From Escherichia coli (GTDB lineage: Bacteria > Pseudomonadota > Gammaproteobacteria > Enterobacterales > Enterobacteriaceae): a stretch of DNA of 64,000 bases. The stretch lies in the NCBI RefSeq assembly GCF_044324785.1, contig NZ_CP172127.1. One strand, written 5' to 3'. Under the pieces are notes generated by a model. That model did not search any database, was not told where the DNA came from, and saw only the letters and a program-made list of their open reading frames with translations. Each line of letters begins with the position of its first letter. The stretch's first letter is position 1. The position numbers and the translations under genes are program-made. Shown piece after piece: positions 45,681-56,286 of the stretch.

Positions 45681-46703
45681 GTGACCTTCTGGAGTATTTT
45701 ACGCCAACGCTGCTGGGGGCTGGTGCTCGTGGTGGCGGGCGTCTGCGTGATTACGTTTATTATCTCGCACCTGATCCCCGGCGATCCGGCGCGGTTACTG
45801 GCGGGTGACCGCGCCAGCGATGCTATCGTGGATAATATTCGCCAGCAACTGGGACTGGACCAGCCACTGTACGTACAGTTTTACCGCTACGTCAGCGACC
45901 TGTTTCAGGGTGACCTGGGAACATCCATTCGTACCGGGCGTCCGGTGCTGGAAGAGTTGCGCATATTTTTCCCGGCGACGCTGGAACTGGCTTTTTGTGC
46001 CCTGCTGCTGGCACTCCTGATTGGCATCCCGCTGGGCATACTCTCTGCAGTCTGGCGAAATCGCTGGCTGGATCATCTGGTGCGAATAATGGCCATTACC
46101 GGAATCTCCACACCTGCGTTCTGGCTTGGGCTGGGTGTCATTGTGCTGTTTTATGGTCATCTGCAAATTCTTCCCGGCGGCGGAAGGCTTGATGACTGGC
46201 TGGATCCACCAACGCACGTTACCGGCTTTTATCTGCTCGATGCGCTGCTTGAAGGTAACGGTGAAGTCTTCTTCAATGCGTTGCAACATCTCATCTTACC
46301 GGCATTAACGCTGGCGTTCGTTCACCTGGGAATTGTCGCTCGCCAGATCCGCTCAGCTATGCTGGAACAATTGAGTGAAGATTACATTCGTACCGCCCGG
46401 GCCAGCGGCTTGCCCGGCTGGTATATTGTTTTATGTTATGCGCTACCCAATGCGTTGATCCCCTCGATTACCGTATTGGGACTGGCGCTGGGCGATTTGT
46501 TGTATGGCGCAGTGCTCACCGAAACCGTTTTTGCCTGGCCTGGAATGGGTGCATGGGTAGTAACATCAATACAGGCGCTCGACTTCCCGGCAGTGATGGG
46601 CTTTGCCGTCGTGGTTTCATTTGCTTATGTGCTGGTCAACCTGGTGGTGGATTTGCTCTATTTGTGGATTGATCCGCGTATCGGACGTGGAGGTGATGAA
46701 TGA
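45681..46703 (+). CDS. ddpB: D,D-dipeptide ABC transporter permease DdpB
   Basis: 340-aa DppB-like permease. Confidence 0.9.
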   Translation: MTFWSILRQRCWGLVLVVAGVCVITFIISHLIPGDPARLLAGDRASDAIVDNIRQQLGLDQPLYVQFYRYVSDLFQGDLGTSIRTGRPVLEELRIFFPATLELAFCALLLALLIGIPLGILSAVWRNRWLDHLVRIMAITGISTPAFWLGLGVIVLFYGHLQILPGGGRLDDWLDPPTHVTGFYLLDALLEGNGEVFFNALQHLILPALTLAFVHLGIVARQIRSAMLEQLSEDYIRTARASGLPGWYIVLCYALPNALIPSITVLGLALGDLLYGAVLTETVFAWPGMGAWVVTSIQALDFPAVMGFAVVVSFAYVLVNLVVDLLYLWIDPRIGRGGDE

Positions 46704-47596
46704 TGCTAAGCGAGGAAACGTCCGTCGTACGCCCACCAAAACAAACGCGATTTAACGGTGCAAAACTGGTATGGATGCTGAAAGGCAGTCCGCTCACCGT
46801 GACCGGCGCAGTCATCATTGTATTAATGCTACTGATGATGATTTTTTCACCGTGGCTGGCGACGCATGATCCCAACGCCATTGATTTAACCGCCCGCCTT
46901 TTGCCGCCTTCTGCGGCGCACTGGTTTGGCACCGATGAAGTGGGACGCGATCTGTTTAGCCGCGTACTGGTCGGCAGTCAGCAATCAATTCTCGCCGGAT
47001 TAGTGGTGGTCGCCATTGCGGGTATGATTGGTTCGCTACTCGGGTGTCTATCCGGTGTGCTTGGCGGACGCGCAGACGCCATCATCATGCGCATCATGGA
47101 CATTATGCTGTCGATTCCTTCGCTGGTGCTGACAATGGCGCTGGCTGCCGCACTTGGACCGAGTTTGTTTAACGCCATGCTGGCGATTGCTATCGTGCGT
47201 ATCCCGTTTTATGTGCGCCTGGCGCGGGGGCAAACATTAGTTGTTCGCCAGTACACTTACGTTCAGGCGGCGAAAACCTTTGGTGCGTCACGCTGGCATC
47301 TGATCAACTGGCATATTTTACGTAACTCCCTGCCGCCGCTGATTGTGCAGGCATCGCTGGATATTGGTAGCGCGATTTTAATGGCCGCCACGTTGGGATT
47401 TATTGGCCTGGGTGCTCAACAACCGAGTGCTGAATGGGGGGCGATGGTAGCGAATGGTCGCAACTATGTGCTCGATCAATGGTGGTATTGCGCATTTCCG
47501 GGGGCAGCGATTTTGCTTACCGCCGTCGGGTTTAATCTCTTTGGTGATGGTATTCGCGATCTGCTTGACCCGAAAGCAGGAGGAAAGCAGTCATGA
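46700..47596 (+). CDS. ddpC: D,D-dipeptide ABC transporter permease DdpC
   Basis: 298-aa DppC-like permease; start overlaps the ddpB stop (ATGA). Confidence 0.9.
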   Translation: MMLSEETSVVRPPKQTRFNGAKLVWMLKGSPLTVTGAVIIVLMLLMMIFSPWLATHDPNAIDLTARLLPPSAAHWFGTDEVGRDLFSRVLVGSQQSILAGLVVVAIAGMIGSLLGCLSGVLGGRADAIIMRIMDIMLSIPSLVLTMALAAALGPSLFNAMLAIAIVRIPFYVRLARGQTLVVRQYTYVQAAKTFGASRWHLINWHILRNSLPPLIVQASLDIGSAILMAATLGFIGLGAQQPSAEWGAMVANGRNYVLDQWWYCAFPGAAILLTAVGFNLFGDGIRDLLDPKAGGKQS

Positions 47597-48579
47597 CCCA
47601 ACCCGTTCTGGACATTCAACAGCTGCATTTGAGTTTCCCCGGTTTTAACGGTGATGTTCACGCGCTCAACAATGTGTCCTTGCAGATTAACCGCGGTGAA
47701 ATTGTCGGTCTGGTGGGAGAATCCGGCTCAGGTAAATCAGTCACTGCAATGTTGATTATGCGTCTGCTACCGACGGGCAGTTATTGCGTACATCGGGGGC
47801 AGATTTCACTGCTGGGAGACGATGTTCTTAACGCTCGGGAAAAACAGCTTCGTCAGTGGCGCGGCGCACGAGTGGCGATGATCTTTCAGGAACCGATGAC
47901 CGCCCTTAATCCGACACGTCGAATAGGTCTTCAGATGATGGACGTGATCCGCCATCATCAACCAATAAGTCGTCGGGAAGCCAGAGCTAAAGCGATTGCC
48001 CTGCTGGAAGAAATGCAAATCCCGGATGCCGTGGAAGTTATGTCGCGCTATCCGTTTGAGCTTTCAGGTGGTATGCGACAGCGGGTAATGATTGCGCTGG
48101 CATTCTCCTGCGAGCCGCAATTGATTATTGCCGACGAACCGACTACGGCGCTGGACGTCACGGTACAGTTGCTGGTACTGCGTCTGCTTAAACATAAAGC
48201 CCGCGCCAGTGGAACTGCGGTACTGTTCATCAGCCATGATATGGCCGTGGTGTCGCAACTGTGCGATAGCGTTTACGTGATGTATGCCGGAAGCGTGATT
48301 GAGAGCGGCGTGACGGCAGACGTTATCCATCATCCCCGGCATCCGTATACCATTGGTTTGCTGCAATGCGCACCGGAACATGGAATACCGCGCCAGCCAT
48401 TACCCGCCATTCCAGGGACGGTACCAAACCTCACCCATTTGCCTGACGGCTGCGCTTTTCGCGATCGTTGCTATGCGGCAGGTGCACAGTGTGAAAACGT
48501 CCCGGCGCTGACAGCGTGTGGTGACAACAACCACCGCTGCGCCTGTTGGTATCCTCAGCAGGAGGTCATTAGTGTCTGA
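47593..48579 (+). CDS. ddpD: D,D-dipeptide ABC transporter ATPase DdpD
   Basis: 328-aa ATPase, Walker A GESGSGKS, signature LSGGMRQR; start overlaps the ddpC stop. Confidence 0.9.
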   Translation: MTQPVLDIQQLHLSFPGFNGDVHALNNVSLQINRGEIVGLVGESGSGKSVTAMLIMRLLPTGSYCVHRGQISLLGDDVLNAREKQLRQWRGARVAMIFQEPMTALNPTRRIGLQMMDVIRHHQPISRREARAKAIALLEEMQIPDAVEVMSRYPFELSGGMRQRVMIALAFSCEPQLIIADEPTTALDVTVQLLVLRLLKHKARASGTAVLFISHDMAVVSQLCDSVYVMYAGSVIESGVTADVIHHPRHPYTIGLLQCAPEHGIPRQPLPAIPGTVPNLTHLPDGCAFRDRCYAAGAQCENVPALTACGDNNHRCACWYPQQEVISV

Positions 48580-49498
48580 TACGTTATTAACGTTACGCGA
48601 CGTCCATATCAATTTCCCGGCCCGAAAAAACTGGCTTGGTAAAACTACGGAACATGTTCATGCCATCAATGGTATTGATTTACAGATCCGTCGTGGTGAA
48701 ACCTTAGGGATCGTCGGTGAGTCAGGCTGCGGCAAAAGCACCCTCGCACAGCTTTTAATGGGTATGCTGCAACCTAGCCACGGGCAGTACATCCGTTCAG
48801 GATCACAACGCATTATGCAGATGGTGTTTCAGGACCCGCTCTCTTCGCTCAATCCGCGCTTACCGGTGTGGCGCATCATCACAGAACCGCTCTGGATTGC
48901 TAAGCGTAGTAGTGAACAACAGCGGCGAGCGTTGGCAGAGGAGCTGGCTGTGCAGGTGGGTATTCGTCCGGAGTATCTCGACCGCTTGCCTCATGCGTTC
49001 TCTGGCGGGCAGCGGCAACGTATCGCCATTGCCAGAGCACTCTCTTCGCAGCCTGACGTGATTGTGCTTGATGAGCCAACCTCGGCGCTGGATATCTCCG
49101 TGCAGGCGCAGATCCTCAATTTACTGGTAACGCTACAGGAAAATCGCGAGCTGACTTATGTGCTGATTTCACACAATGTCTCGGTGATACGTCATGTGAG
49201 CGATCGGGTGGCGGTGATGTATCTCGGGCAGATTGTGGAACTAGGAGACGCGCAACAGGTGCTAACGGCTCCGGCACATCCGTACACCCGATTATTGCTG
49301 GACTCCCTCCCCGCCATTGATAAACCGCTGGAGGAAGAATGGGCATTACGTAAAACGGATCTACCAGGAAACCGTACGTTGCCACAAGGCTGTTTTTTCC
49401 GCGAACGCTGCCCTCTGGCAACCCACGGATGTGAAGTCCGGCAATCATTAGCAATAAGGGAGGACGGACGTGAGATCCGGTGCTGGCGGGCGCTGTAG
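48572..49498 (+). CDS. ddpF: D,D-dipeptide ABC transporter ATPase DdpF
   Basis: Walker A GESGCGKST, signature FSGGQRQR; ORF opens at 48518 inside ddpD; GTG at 48572 gives the 308-aa product (VSDTLLTLRDVHINF...) I recall for DdpF. Confidence 0.85.
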   Translation: MSDTLLTLRDVHINFPARKNWLGKTTEHVHAINGIDLQIRRGETLGIVGESGCGKSTLAQLLMGMLQPSHGQYIRSGSQRIMQMVFQDPLSSLNPRLPVWRIITEPLWIAKRSSEQQRRALAEELAVQVGIRPEYLDRLPHAFSGGQRQRIAIARALSSQPDVIVLDEPTSALDISVQAQILNLLVTLQENRELTYVLISHNVSVIRHVSDRVAVMYLGQIVELGDAQQVLTAPAHPYTRLLLDSLPAIDKPLEEEWALRKTDLPGNRTLPQGCFFRERCPLATHGCEVRQSLAIREDGREIRCWRAL

Positions 49499-49513
49499 GA
49501 CGCGGCATCCGGC
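49495..49513. repeat. REP-like motif GTAGGACGCGGCATCCGGC at the ddpF-side boundary of the inserted block
   Basis: Overlaps the ddpF stop codon; resembles one arm of an E. coli REP unit; its 12-mer GCGGCATCCGGC recurs (one mismatch) in the palindrome at 56287-56308. Confidence 0.45.
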
Positions 49514-49534
49514 TATTGCATGTCTGCGGAAACG

Positions 49535-50425
49535 TTATGCGTCATAGGTTTTTTTTAACGTTTCCATCAACGCCTGCGCCGCAGTAGAAAGCTTATGGTG
49601 TGACGAACGCAGTACGCCTACTCGTCGCTCAATCACTGGATTATCCAGTTCCAGACACACTGCGCCCAGTTCGCTCATCTGCCTGCGGCACAGCGCAGGC
49701 ACAGCGCTTCCTCCCAAACCGTTTGCCACCAGCCGCCCAACCGTAACCAGTTGATGGCTTTCCAGCGCCACTTCCAGTTGCGTTCCACTTTGTGCCAACT
49801 GCTCCTCCAGCATCAACCTGACGGCTGACGGTCGCTGGAGGGTGATAAAATCGAGCGTCAGCAAATCCCGCCAACTCACGCGTTGCCGATTTGCCAGTCG
49901 TGAATCGGCTGGAACAATAGCGACAAACCGATCCACGCCCAGTGGGGTAAAATGCACATGGCCGCAATAGTCAGGTTCAAAGGCAATACCCATCTCCACA
50001 CGCCCTTCGCTCACCATTTCGATCACCTGCTCATTCACCACATCGTGCACGGTGACATTAATCCCTGAATAACAATCGCGGAAGGTTTTCAGCACCGGAG
50101 GCAGAACGTTGGCTGCAAATGACGGCATCGCTGCCACCGAGACTTTGCCCCGCCTGAGCGTGAATCGCTGACGCATGGCCTCCTCAGTGTTATCCCAGTC
50201 AGCCAGCAAAGGCCGTGCCATCGACAATAGCGTTTCCCCCTCCTGGGTTAATGTCACTTTTCGCGTAGTACGCAGCAGTAAAGCGCCCCCTAAGGCATCT
50301 TCCAGTCCTTTAATGGCAAGACTTAGCGCAGGCTGCGACATATTCAGCCGTTCACTGGCATGGGCAAAGTTCAGAGTGTGAGCTACCGCTAAAAACGCGC
50401 GTAACTGTTTGATGCTCATTTTCAT
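49535..50425 (-). CDS. LysR-family transcriptional regulator, divergent from the catabolic operon
   Basis: 296-aa ORF with N-terminal LysR HTH (...LNMSQPALSLAIKGLE...) and substrate-binding domain; 141-bp AT-rich divergent intergenic region. Confidence 0.85.
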   Translation of the reverse strand: MKMSIKQLRAFLAVAHTLNFAHASERLNMSQPALSLAIKGLEDALGGALLLRTTRKVTLTQEGETLLSMARPLLADWDNTEEAMRQRFTLRRGKVSVAAMPSFAANVLPPVLKTFRDCYSGINVTVHDVVNEQVIEMVSEGRVEMGIAFEPDYCGHVHFTPLGVDRFVAIVPADSRLANRQRVSWRDLLTLDFITLQRPSAVRLMLEEQLAQSGTQLEVALESHQLVTVGRLVANGLGGSAVPALCRRQMSELGAVCLELDNPVIERRVGVLRSSHHKLSTAAQALMETLKKTYDA

Positions 50426-50566
50426 CTGGCACTCCGTTAACCTACTGAATACATTTAATTAACATTATATTGATAAATAATACAAATGAATGAGTCACAA
50501 ATTTAAAATTAACAAATCATTTTTTGCCCTTAATGATGTTGAAAAGGACAACTGGAGGGCAACTGT
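50426..50566. promoter_or_regulatory. Divergent promoter / operator region between the LysR gene and the CoA-transferase operon
   Basis: AT-rich 141-bp spacer with several T-N11-A-type dyads (e.g. around TTAATTAACATTA); layout typical of LysR-controlled operons; inferred. Confidence 0.4.
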
Positions 50567-51274
50567 ATGGCTGGGTTGGATAAACGGGTCGCTACGTATC
50601 ACGAGGCGCTTGAAGGACTTACCAATGAGATGACGATTCTGGCAGGAGGTTTTGGCCTGTGCGGCATCCCGGAGAATCTGATTGCTGAAGTTCGCCACCG
50701 TGGAGTAACCGGATTAACGGTGGTTTCCAATAACTGTGGCGTAGATGGTTTTGGACTGGGTGTACTACTGGAAAGCCGACAGATCCGTAAAGTCGTCGCT
50801 TCTTATGTTGGCGAGAATGCTTTGTTTGAAAAACAGGTGCTTAACGGCGAACTGGAGGCGATTCTCACACCACAAGGAACCCTGGCAGAACAACTGCGCG
50901 CAGGCGGCGCGGGTATCCCGGCGTTCTTTACTGCCACCGGTTACGGTACTCCCGTTGCCGAAGGGAAAGAAGTCCGCGAATTCAACGGTCGCCCGTACAT
51001 CATGGAACAGGCTATCACCGGTGATTTTGCCCTGGTCAAAGGCTGGAAAGCCGACTGGTACGGCAACGTGATTTATCGTCATACCGCGCAAAACTTCAAC
51101 CCACTGATGGCGGCTGCCGGAAAAATCACCGTGGTGGAAGTGGAAGAAATCGTGCCACCTGGTGAACTTGATCCTGCCGCTATCCATACCCCGGGGATTT
51201 TTGTTAATCGCGTCATTCAGGGGCAATTTGAAAAACGCATTGAACAACGCACCCTTAGCCGCAAAGGAGCCTGA
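50567..51274 (+). CDS. 3-oxoacid CoA-transferase subunit A (ScoA/AtoD-like)
   Basis: 235-aa ORF with family-I CoA-transferase alpha-subunit motif (...ASYVGEN...). Confidence 0.85.
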   Translation: MAGLDKRVATYHEALEGLTNEMTILAGGFGLCGIPENLIAEVRHRGVTGLTVVSNNCGVDGFGLGVLLESRQIRKVVASYVGENALFEKQVLNGELEAILTPQGTLAEQLRAGGAGIPAFFTATGYGTPVAEGKEVREFNGRPYIMEQAITGDFALVKGWKADWYGNVIYRHTAQNFNPLMAAAGKITVVEVEEIVPPGELDPAAIHTPGIFVNRVIQGQFEKRIEQRTLSRKGA

Positions 51275-51276
51275 CC

Positions 51277-51933
51277 ATGTTAACCCGTGAACAAATGGCG
51301 ATGCGAGTCGCCCGCGAATTGCGCGATGGCTATTACGTCAATCTCGGCATTGGTATCCCGACCCTGGTGGCAAACTACATTCCTGACGGGATGGATGTGA
51401 TGTTGCAGTCAGAAAACGGTTTGCTGGGAATGGGCGCATTTCCTACGGAAGACGAACTGGACGCCGACATGATTAATGCCGGTAAACAAACCGTTACCGC
51501 GCGGAAAGGCGCGGCAATTTTCGATTCGGCGCAATCATTCGCCATGATCCGTGGCGGTCATGTGGATCTGACTGTACTTGGCGCATTTGAAGTGGATGTG
51601 AATGGCAACATTGCCTCATGGATGATCCCCGGCAAGATGGTTAAAGGCATGGGCGGTGCCATGGATCTGGTTGCCGGTGCCGAGAATATTATTGTGGTAA
51701 TGACCCACGCCTCCAAATCCGGCGAATCCAAACTGCTTCCTGACTGTACCCTTCCATTGACCGGCGCCGGATGCATCAAACGCGTCTTAACCGACCTTGC
51801 TCTGCTGGAAATTGCTGACGGAGCTTTCATTCTGCGCGAGCGCGCGCCGGGAATCAGCGTTGCGGAAATCATCGCCAAAACCGCCGGTAAGTTGTTTGTG
51901 CCGGAACATGTCCCGGAAATGCAATTCAACTGA
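51277..51933 (+). CDS. 3-oxoacid CoA-transferase subunit B (ScoB/AtoA-like)
   Basis: 218-aa ORF with catalytic-glutamate SENG motif (MLQSENGLLG); begins 2 nt after subunit A. Confidence 0.85.
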   Translation: MLTREQMAMRVARELRDGYYVNLGIGIPTLVANYIPDGMDVMLQSENGLLGMGAFPTEDELDADMINAGKQTVTARKGAAIFDSAQSFAMIRGGHVDLTVLGAFEVDVNGNIASWMIPGKMVKGMGGAMDLVAGAENIIVVMTHASKSGESKLLPDCTLPLTGAGCIKRVLTDLALLEIADGAFILRERAPGISVAEIIAKTAGKLFVPEHVPEMQFN

Positions 51934-51942
51934 GGAATCACC

Positions 51943-53148
51943 ATGCAGGACGTTGTTATTGTTGCCGCTACGCGCACACCGATTGGCTGTTTTCATGGCG
52001 CTCTCGCCTCACTTTCTGCGGTTGATCTCGGCGCTGCCACCATCCGTTCATTGCTGGAGAAAACAGCACTTGCAGCAGAACAGATCGACGAAGTGATTTT
52101 TGGTCAGGTCCTGACTGCCGGAAGCGGACAAAATCCGGCACGGCAATCGGCGCTCAAAGCCGGGTTAAGCCACGATACACCCGCCGTTACCATCAACCTG
52201 GTATGTGGTTCCGGTCTGAAAGCAGTACACCAGGCCGTACAGGCGATCCGTTGCGGTGATGCACAGATAATTATCGCAGGTGGCCAGGAAAGCATGAGTA
52301 ACGCGCCCTATTTTATTGATGGCGCACGGGCAGGTTTACGCCTCGGGCATACCAGCATGAAAGACAGCGTGGTGCATGACGGACTATGGGACGCTTTCAA
52401 TGATTACCACATGGGCATTACTGCAGAAAACCTGGCGCAAAAATATGCCATCAGTCGCGAGCGACAGGACACATTCGCGCTACGTTCTCAGCAAAAAGCC
52501 GCTGCCGCAATGGAAGCCGGGCGCTTTGCAGACGAAATTACTCCGGTCAGCGTACCACAAGGTAAAAAACCACCACGCAGGGTAAATACCGACGAACAAC
52601 CACGTTCCGGGACGCAACTGGAAAAACTAGCACAACTGAAACCGGCCTTTCTTCCGGGGGCGGGAAGCGTCACCGCAGGAAATGCTTCTTCCATCAATGA
52701 TGGTGCCGCCGCAGTCATGTTAATGCGCGCCAGCAAAGCTGCCGAACTTGGCCTCCCAGTGCTGGCTCGGGTGGCTGGTTATGCCGTTTCTGGCGTCGAT
52801 CCTGCCTTTATGGGCATTGGTCCGGTCGCCGCTACCCGCGAATGTCTTAAGCGTTGCGGATGGACGCTGGAAGATATTGATCTTATTGAAGCCAACGAGG
52901 CTTTCGCAGCGCAGGCGCTGGCCGTTGGCGACGAACTGAACTGGGATTGCGACAAAGTGAATGTTAACGGCGGCGCAATCGCACTTGGGCATCCTATTGG
53001 CGCTTCCGGTTGCCGCATTCTGGTCACTCTCATTTATGAAATGGCGCGACGTAATGCGCAAAAAGGGCTGGCGACGCTGTGCGTCGGTGGCGGTCAGGGC
53101 GTGGCGCTGACACTGGAAAGAACCACAGGAGAACACCATGCAAACTGA
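51943..53148 (+). CDS. Acetyl-CoA C-acetyltransferase (thiolase II, AtoB-like)
   Basis: 401-aa ORF with thiolase active-site regions ([32 protein letters not shown]). Confidence 0.88.
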   Translation: MQDVVIVAATRTPIGCFHGALASLSAVDLGAATIRSLLEKTALAAEQIDEVIFGQVLTAGSGQNPARQSALKAGLSHDTPAVTINLVCGSGLKAVHQAVQAIRCGDAQIIIAGGQESMSNAPYFIDGARAGLRLGHTSMKDSVVHDGLWDAFNDYHMGITAENLAQKYAISRERQDTFALRSQQKAAAAMEAGRFADEITPVSVPQGKKPPRRVNTDEQPRSGTQLEKLAQLKPAFLPGAGSVTAGNASSINDGAAAVMLMRASKAAELGLPVLARVAGYAVSGVDPAFMGIGPVAATRECLKRCGWTLEDIDLIEANEAFAAQALAVGDELNWDCDKVNVNGGAIALGHPIGASGCRILVTLIYEMARRNAQKGLATLCVGGGQGVALTLERTTGEHHAN

Positions 53149-54061
53149 ACAATTTGCGGTACTGGGCGCCGGATTGATGGGCGTGGGGATTGCCACTCAT
53201 TTCGCCCGCTTTGGTCATGATATCTGGCTGTACGATACCGAGCAGAGCCGGATTGCAGAAATCCACGTAGTTGCAGGCGGAATTCTTGATGAGCTGATTA
53301 GCTGCGAACAGTTTACTGCCCCGGAAAAAGAGAATGTGCTTAAACGTCTGCACGGCACGACTTCTCTTGCAGACATCGCCGACTCGCAACTACTGATTGA
53401 GGCGATCCCGGAGCGACTTGAACTAAAACACGCATTATATACCGAGCTTGAAACGCTTATTTCTCCTGAGGCCATTGTCGCCAGCAATACCAGCGGTCTG
53501 CCGCCCGATGATCTGGCCGCGAAGATGCGCTACCCGCAACGACTGCTGATCGCCCATTTCTGGCATCCGCCGCACTTCATTCCACTTGTGGAGATTATCC
53601 CCGGCAGCGTTACCGAGCCAAAGCATTTGCACTGGCTGCAACACTTGCTTGTGTCACTGCAACTGGAAGCAGTGTTGCTGGATCGCGCTGCGCCAGGATT
53701 TGTCGGCAACCGTCTGCAATTTGCACTGTTGCGTGAAGCCCTGCATATCGTAAAAAGCGGCATCGCCAGTGCAGAAGTGGTGGATCAGGTGATGCGCGCC
53801 TCGCTTGGGCGACGTTATGCCATGGTCGGCCCGCTGGAGGCCGCCGACATGACCGGACTTTCGACGGTGCAGGATATTTGTCGCCATCTGCTCCCTGAAC
53901 TAGCGACTGGCAGCGACATGATGTCATTAGTTGCCGAAAAAGTGGAACGTGGAGACATCGGCGTACGTAGCGGTCAGGGATTTTACTGCTGGGATGAATC
54001 GCGGAAGCAGTACATCCAGCAGCGTCGGGAACATCAACTTCGCTTCGCCTTTAAAACATAA
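53138..54061 (+). CDS. 3-hydroxyacyl-CoA dehydrogenase family protein (Rossmann NAD-binding), possibly a free 3-hydroxyacid dehydrogenase
   Basis: 307-aa ORF with GAGLMGVG dinucleotide fold and [13 protein letters not shown] in place of the usual Hbd HFFNPVPVMKLVE; start overlaps the thiolase stop by 11 nt. Confidence 0.75.
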   Translation: MQTEQFAVLGAGLMGVGIATHFARFGHDIWLYDTEQSRIAEIHVVAGGILDELISCEQFTAPEKENVLKRLHGTTSLADIADSQLLIEAIPERLELKHALYTELETLISPEAIVASNTSGLPPDDLAAKMRYPQRLLIAHFWHPPHFIPLVEIIPGSVTEPKHLHWLQHLLVSLQLEAVLLDRAAPGFVGNRLQFALLREALHIVKSGIASAEVVDQVMRASLGRRYAMVGPLEAADMTGLSTVQDICRHLLPELATGSDMMSLVAEKVERGDIGVRSGQGFYCWDESRKQYIQQRREHQLRFAFKT

Positions 54062-54106
54062 CTTCTCTCGCTGTACCCACTATAACAACGATATTGAGGA
54101 GTCCCG

Positions 54107-55498
54107 ATGAGTGTATTAATCGCCCTTGCCGCGCTTGGGCTGCTAATGCTGGCAGCCTATCGCGGATACAGCGTTATCCTTTTTGCCCCCATCGCAGCAT
54201 TAGGCGCTGTTCTTGTCACCGATCCGGGGGCCGTTGGCCCAGCATTTACCGGCCTGTTCATGGAAAAAATGGTCGGCTTCGTGAAATTGTACTTCCCGGT
54301 GTTTCTGCTCGGGGCCGTGTTCGGAAAACTGATTGAACTTTCAGGATTTTCTCGTTCGATTGTCGCTGCTGCAATCAACATTCTCGGCCGGCGGCATGCG
54401 ATTCCGGTGATTGTGCTGGTATGTGCATTACTCACCTATGGCGGAGTGTCGCTGTTTGTGGTGGCATTTGCCGTTTATCCGTTCGCGGCTGAATTGTTCC
54501 GCCAGAGTAATATCCCCAAACGGCTTATACCGGCAACGGTGGCCCTCGGAGCATTCTCTTTTACTATGGACGCTCTGCCCGGCACGCCACAAATTCAGAA
54601 CATTATTCCCACCAGTTTCTTTGGCACCAACGCCTGGGCCGCGCCGTGGCTGGGGCTTATTGGTTCACTGTTTATCATTGCCGTCGGGCTTATCTATCTG
54701 GAACGGCAGCGTCGTAAAGCACAGGCAAAAAATGAAAGTTACGGCACAGAGTTACTTAATGAACCTGAAACGCCGGACAACATCAATTTACCGAACCCAC
54801 TCATTGCGATTTCACCATTGATTCTGGTGGGGCTGTTGAACTTGTTGTTTACCTGGTGGATCCCTGTTTGGTACGGTGCGAGCCACCAACTGGAGTTGCC
54901 GGGACTTACTGCCCCGATTACCACAGATGTCGCCAAAATCACCGCAATCTGGGCCGTCGAAGCTGCGCTCATTGCCGGAATTTTGCTGGTAGTGATTTTT
55001 GGATATCGCAATATTCATGGAAGACTGGCAGAAGGAAGCCGTACAGCGGTAGGCGGCGCAATTCTGGCTGCGATGAACACCGCCTCAGAATATGGCTTCG
55101 GTGCGGTTATCGCCGCCCTACCCGGTTTTCTGGTGCTCTCAAAGGCGCTGGCCGCCATTCCTGATCCATTACTCAACGAAGCCATCAGCATCACCACACT
55201 TGCCGGAATTACCGGTTCAGCGTCCGGCGGGATGAGTATTGCTCTTGCGGCTATGTCCGACACTTTTATTGCCGCTGCGCACGCTGCCAATATTCCACTG
55301 GAAGTTTTTCACCGCGTGGCATCTATGGCCAGTGGCGGCATGGATACATTGCCCCATAACGGCGCTGTGATCACCCTGCTGGCAATTACTGGGCTGAGTC
55401 ACCGTCAGGCTTACGGCGGCATCTTCGCAATTACGATCATTAAAAGTCTGGCCGTGCTGTTTATCATCGGCGTGTACTACACCACCGGCATTGTCTAA
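54107..55498 (+). CDS. Polytopic membrane permease (GntP-like; candidate 3-hydroxybutyrate/short-chain acid transporter)
   Basis: 463-aa very hydrophobic ORF with at least 10 predicted TM segments and a central charged loop (...LERQRRKAQAKNESYG...); family assignment from memory only. Confidence 0.6.
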   Translation: MSVLIALAALGLLMLAAYRGYSVILFAPIAALGAVLVTDPGAVGPAFTGLFMEKMVGFVKLYFPVFLLGAVFGKLIELSGFSRSIVAAAINILGRRHAIPVIVLVCALLTYGGVSLFVVAFAVYPFAAELFRQSNIPKRLIPATVALGAFSFTMDALPGTPQIQNIIPTSFFGTNAWAAPWLGLIGSLFIIAVGLIYLERQRRKAQAKNESYGTELLNEPETPDNINLPNPLIAISPLILVGLLNLLFTWWIPVWYGASHQLELPGLTAPITTDVAKITAIWAVEAALIAGILLVVIFGYRNIHGRLAEGSRTAVGGAILAAMNTASEYGFGAVIAALPGFLVLSKALAAIPDPLLNEAISITTLAGITGSASGGMSIALAAMSDTFIAAAHAANIPLEVFHRVASMASGGMDTLPHNGAVITLLAITGLSHRQAYGGIFAITIIKSLAVLFIIGVYYTTGIV

Positions 55499-55509
55499 GG
55501 AAAATCATC

Positions 55510-56280
55510 ATGAATTTACAAGGTAAAACTGCGCTGGTGACGGGCTCCACCAGCGGTATCGGACTCGGTATTGCTCAGACACTGGCAAACGCTGGCGCGC
55601 AAGTGATCCTCAACGGCTTCGGTGATGTTGACGCGGCAATCAATGCGGTTTCTCGTATGGGTAAAACGCCTGGCTATCATGAGGCAGACCTCAGCGATGA
55701 ATCGCAAATTATCAACATGATGGCCTACGCACGGCGGGAATTTGGCGGTGTGGACATTCTGGTGAATAACGCAGGGATCCAGTATGTCTCCCCGGTTGAA
55801 TCTTTCCCTGTAGAAAAATGGAACGCCATTATCGCTATCAATCTCTCTTCTGTCTTTCACACCACGCGTCTGGCACTGCCAGAAATGCGCACTCGTAACT
55901 GGGGTCGGATCATTAACATTGCCTCTGTGCATGGGCTGGTAGCGTCGAAAGACAAATCAGCTTATGTTGCGGCAAAACATGGCGTGGTGGGACTCACAAA
56001 GACCATTGCTCTGGAAACTGCGCAGACGGGTATTACCTGCAACGCGCTCTGCCCTGGCTGGGTGCTGACGCCGCTGGTACAACAGCAGATTGATAAGCGC
56101 ATTGCGCAAGGCGAAGATGCGGAAAGCGCGCGTGACGCCTTACTGGCAGAAAAACAGCCTTCTCGTGAATTTGTGACTCCGCAACAACTGGGTGAACTGG
56201 CGCTGTTTCTCTGTTCGGATGCGGCAGCACAAGTGCGTGGGGTGGCGTGGAATATGGATGGCGGTTGGGTAGCGCAGTAA
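55510..56280 (+). CDS. Short-chain dehydrogenase/reductase, 3-hydroxybutyrate dehydrogenase (BdhA)-like
   Basis: 256-aa ORF with SDR cofactor motif TGSTSGIG, NNAG and catalytic Y-x3-K (YVAAK); begins 11 nt after the permease. Confidence 0.8.
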   Translation: MNLQGKTALVTGSTSGIGLGIAQTLANAGAQVILNGFGDVDAAINAVSRMGKTPGYHEADLSDESQIINMMAYARREFGGVDILVNNAGIQYVSPVESFPVEKWNAIIAINLSSVFHTTRLALPEMRTRNWGRIINIASVHGLVASKDKSAYVAAKHGVVGLTKTIALETAQTGITCNALCPGWVLTPLVQQQIDKRIAQGEDAESARDALLAEKQPSREFVTPQQLGELALFLCSDAAAQVRGVAWNMDGGWVAQ

Positions 56281-56286
56281 GTGTTC

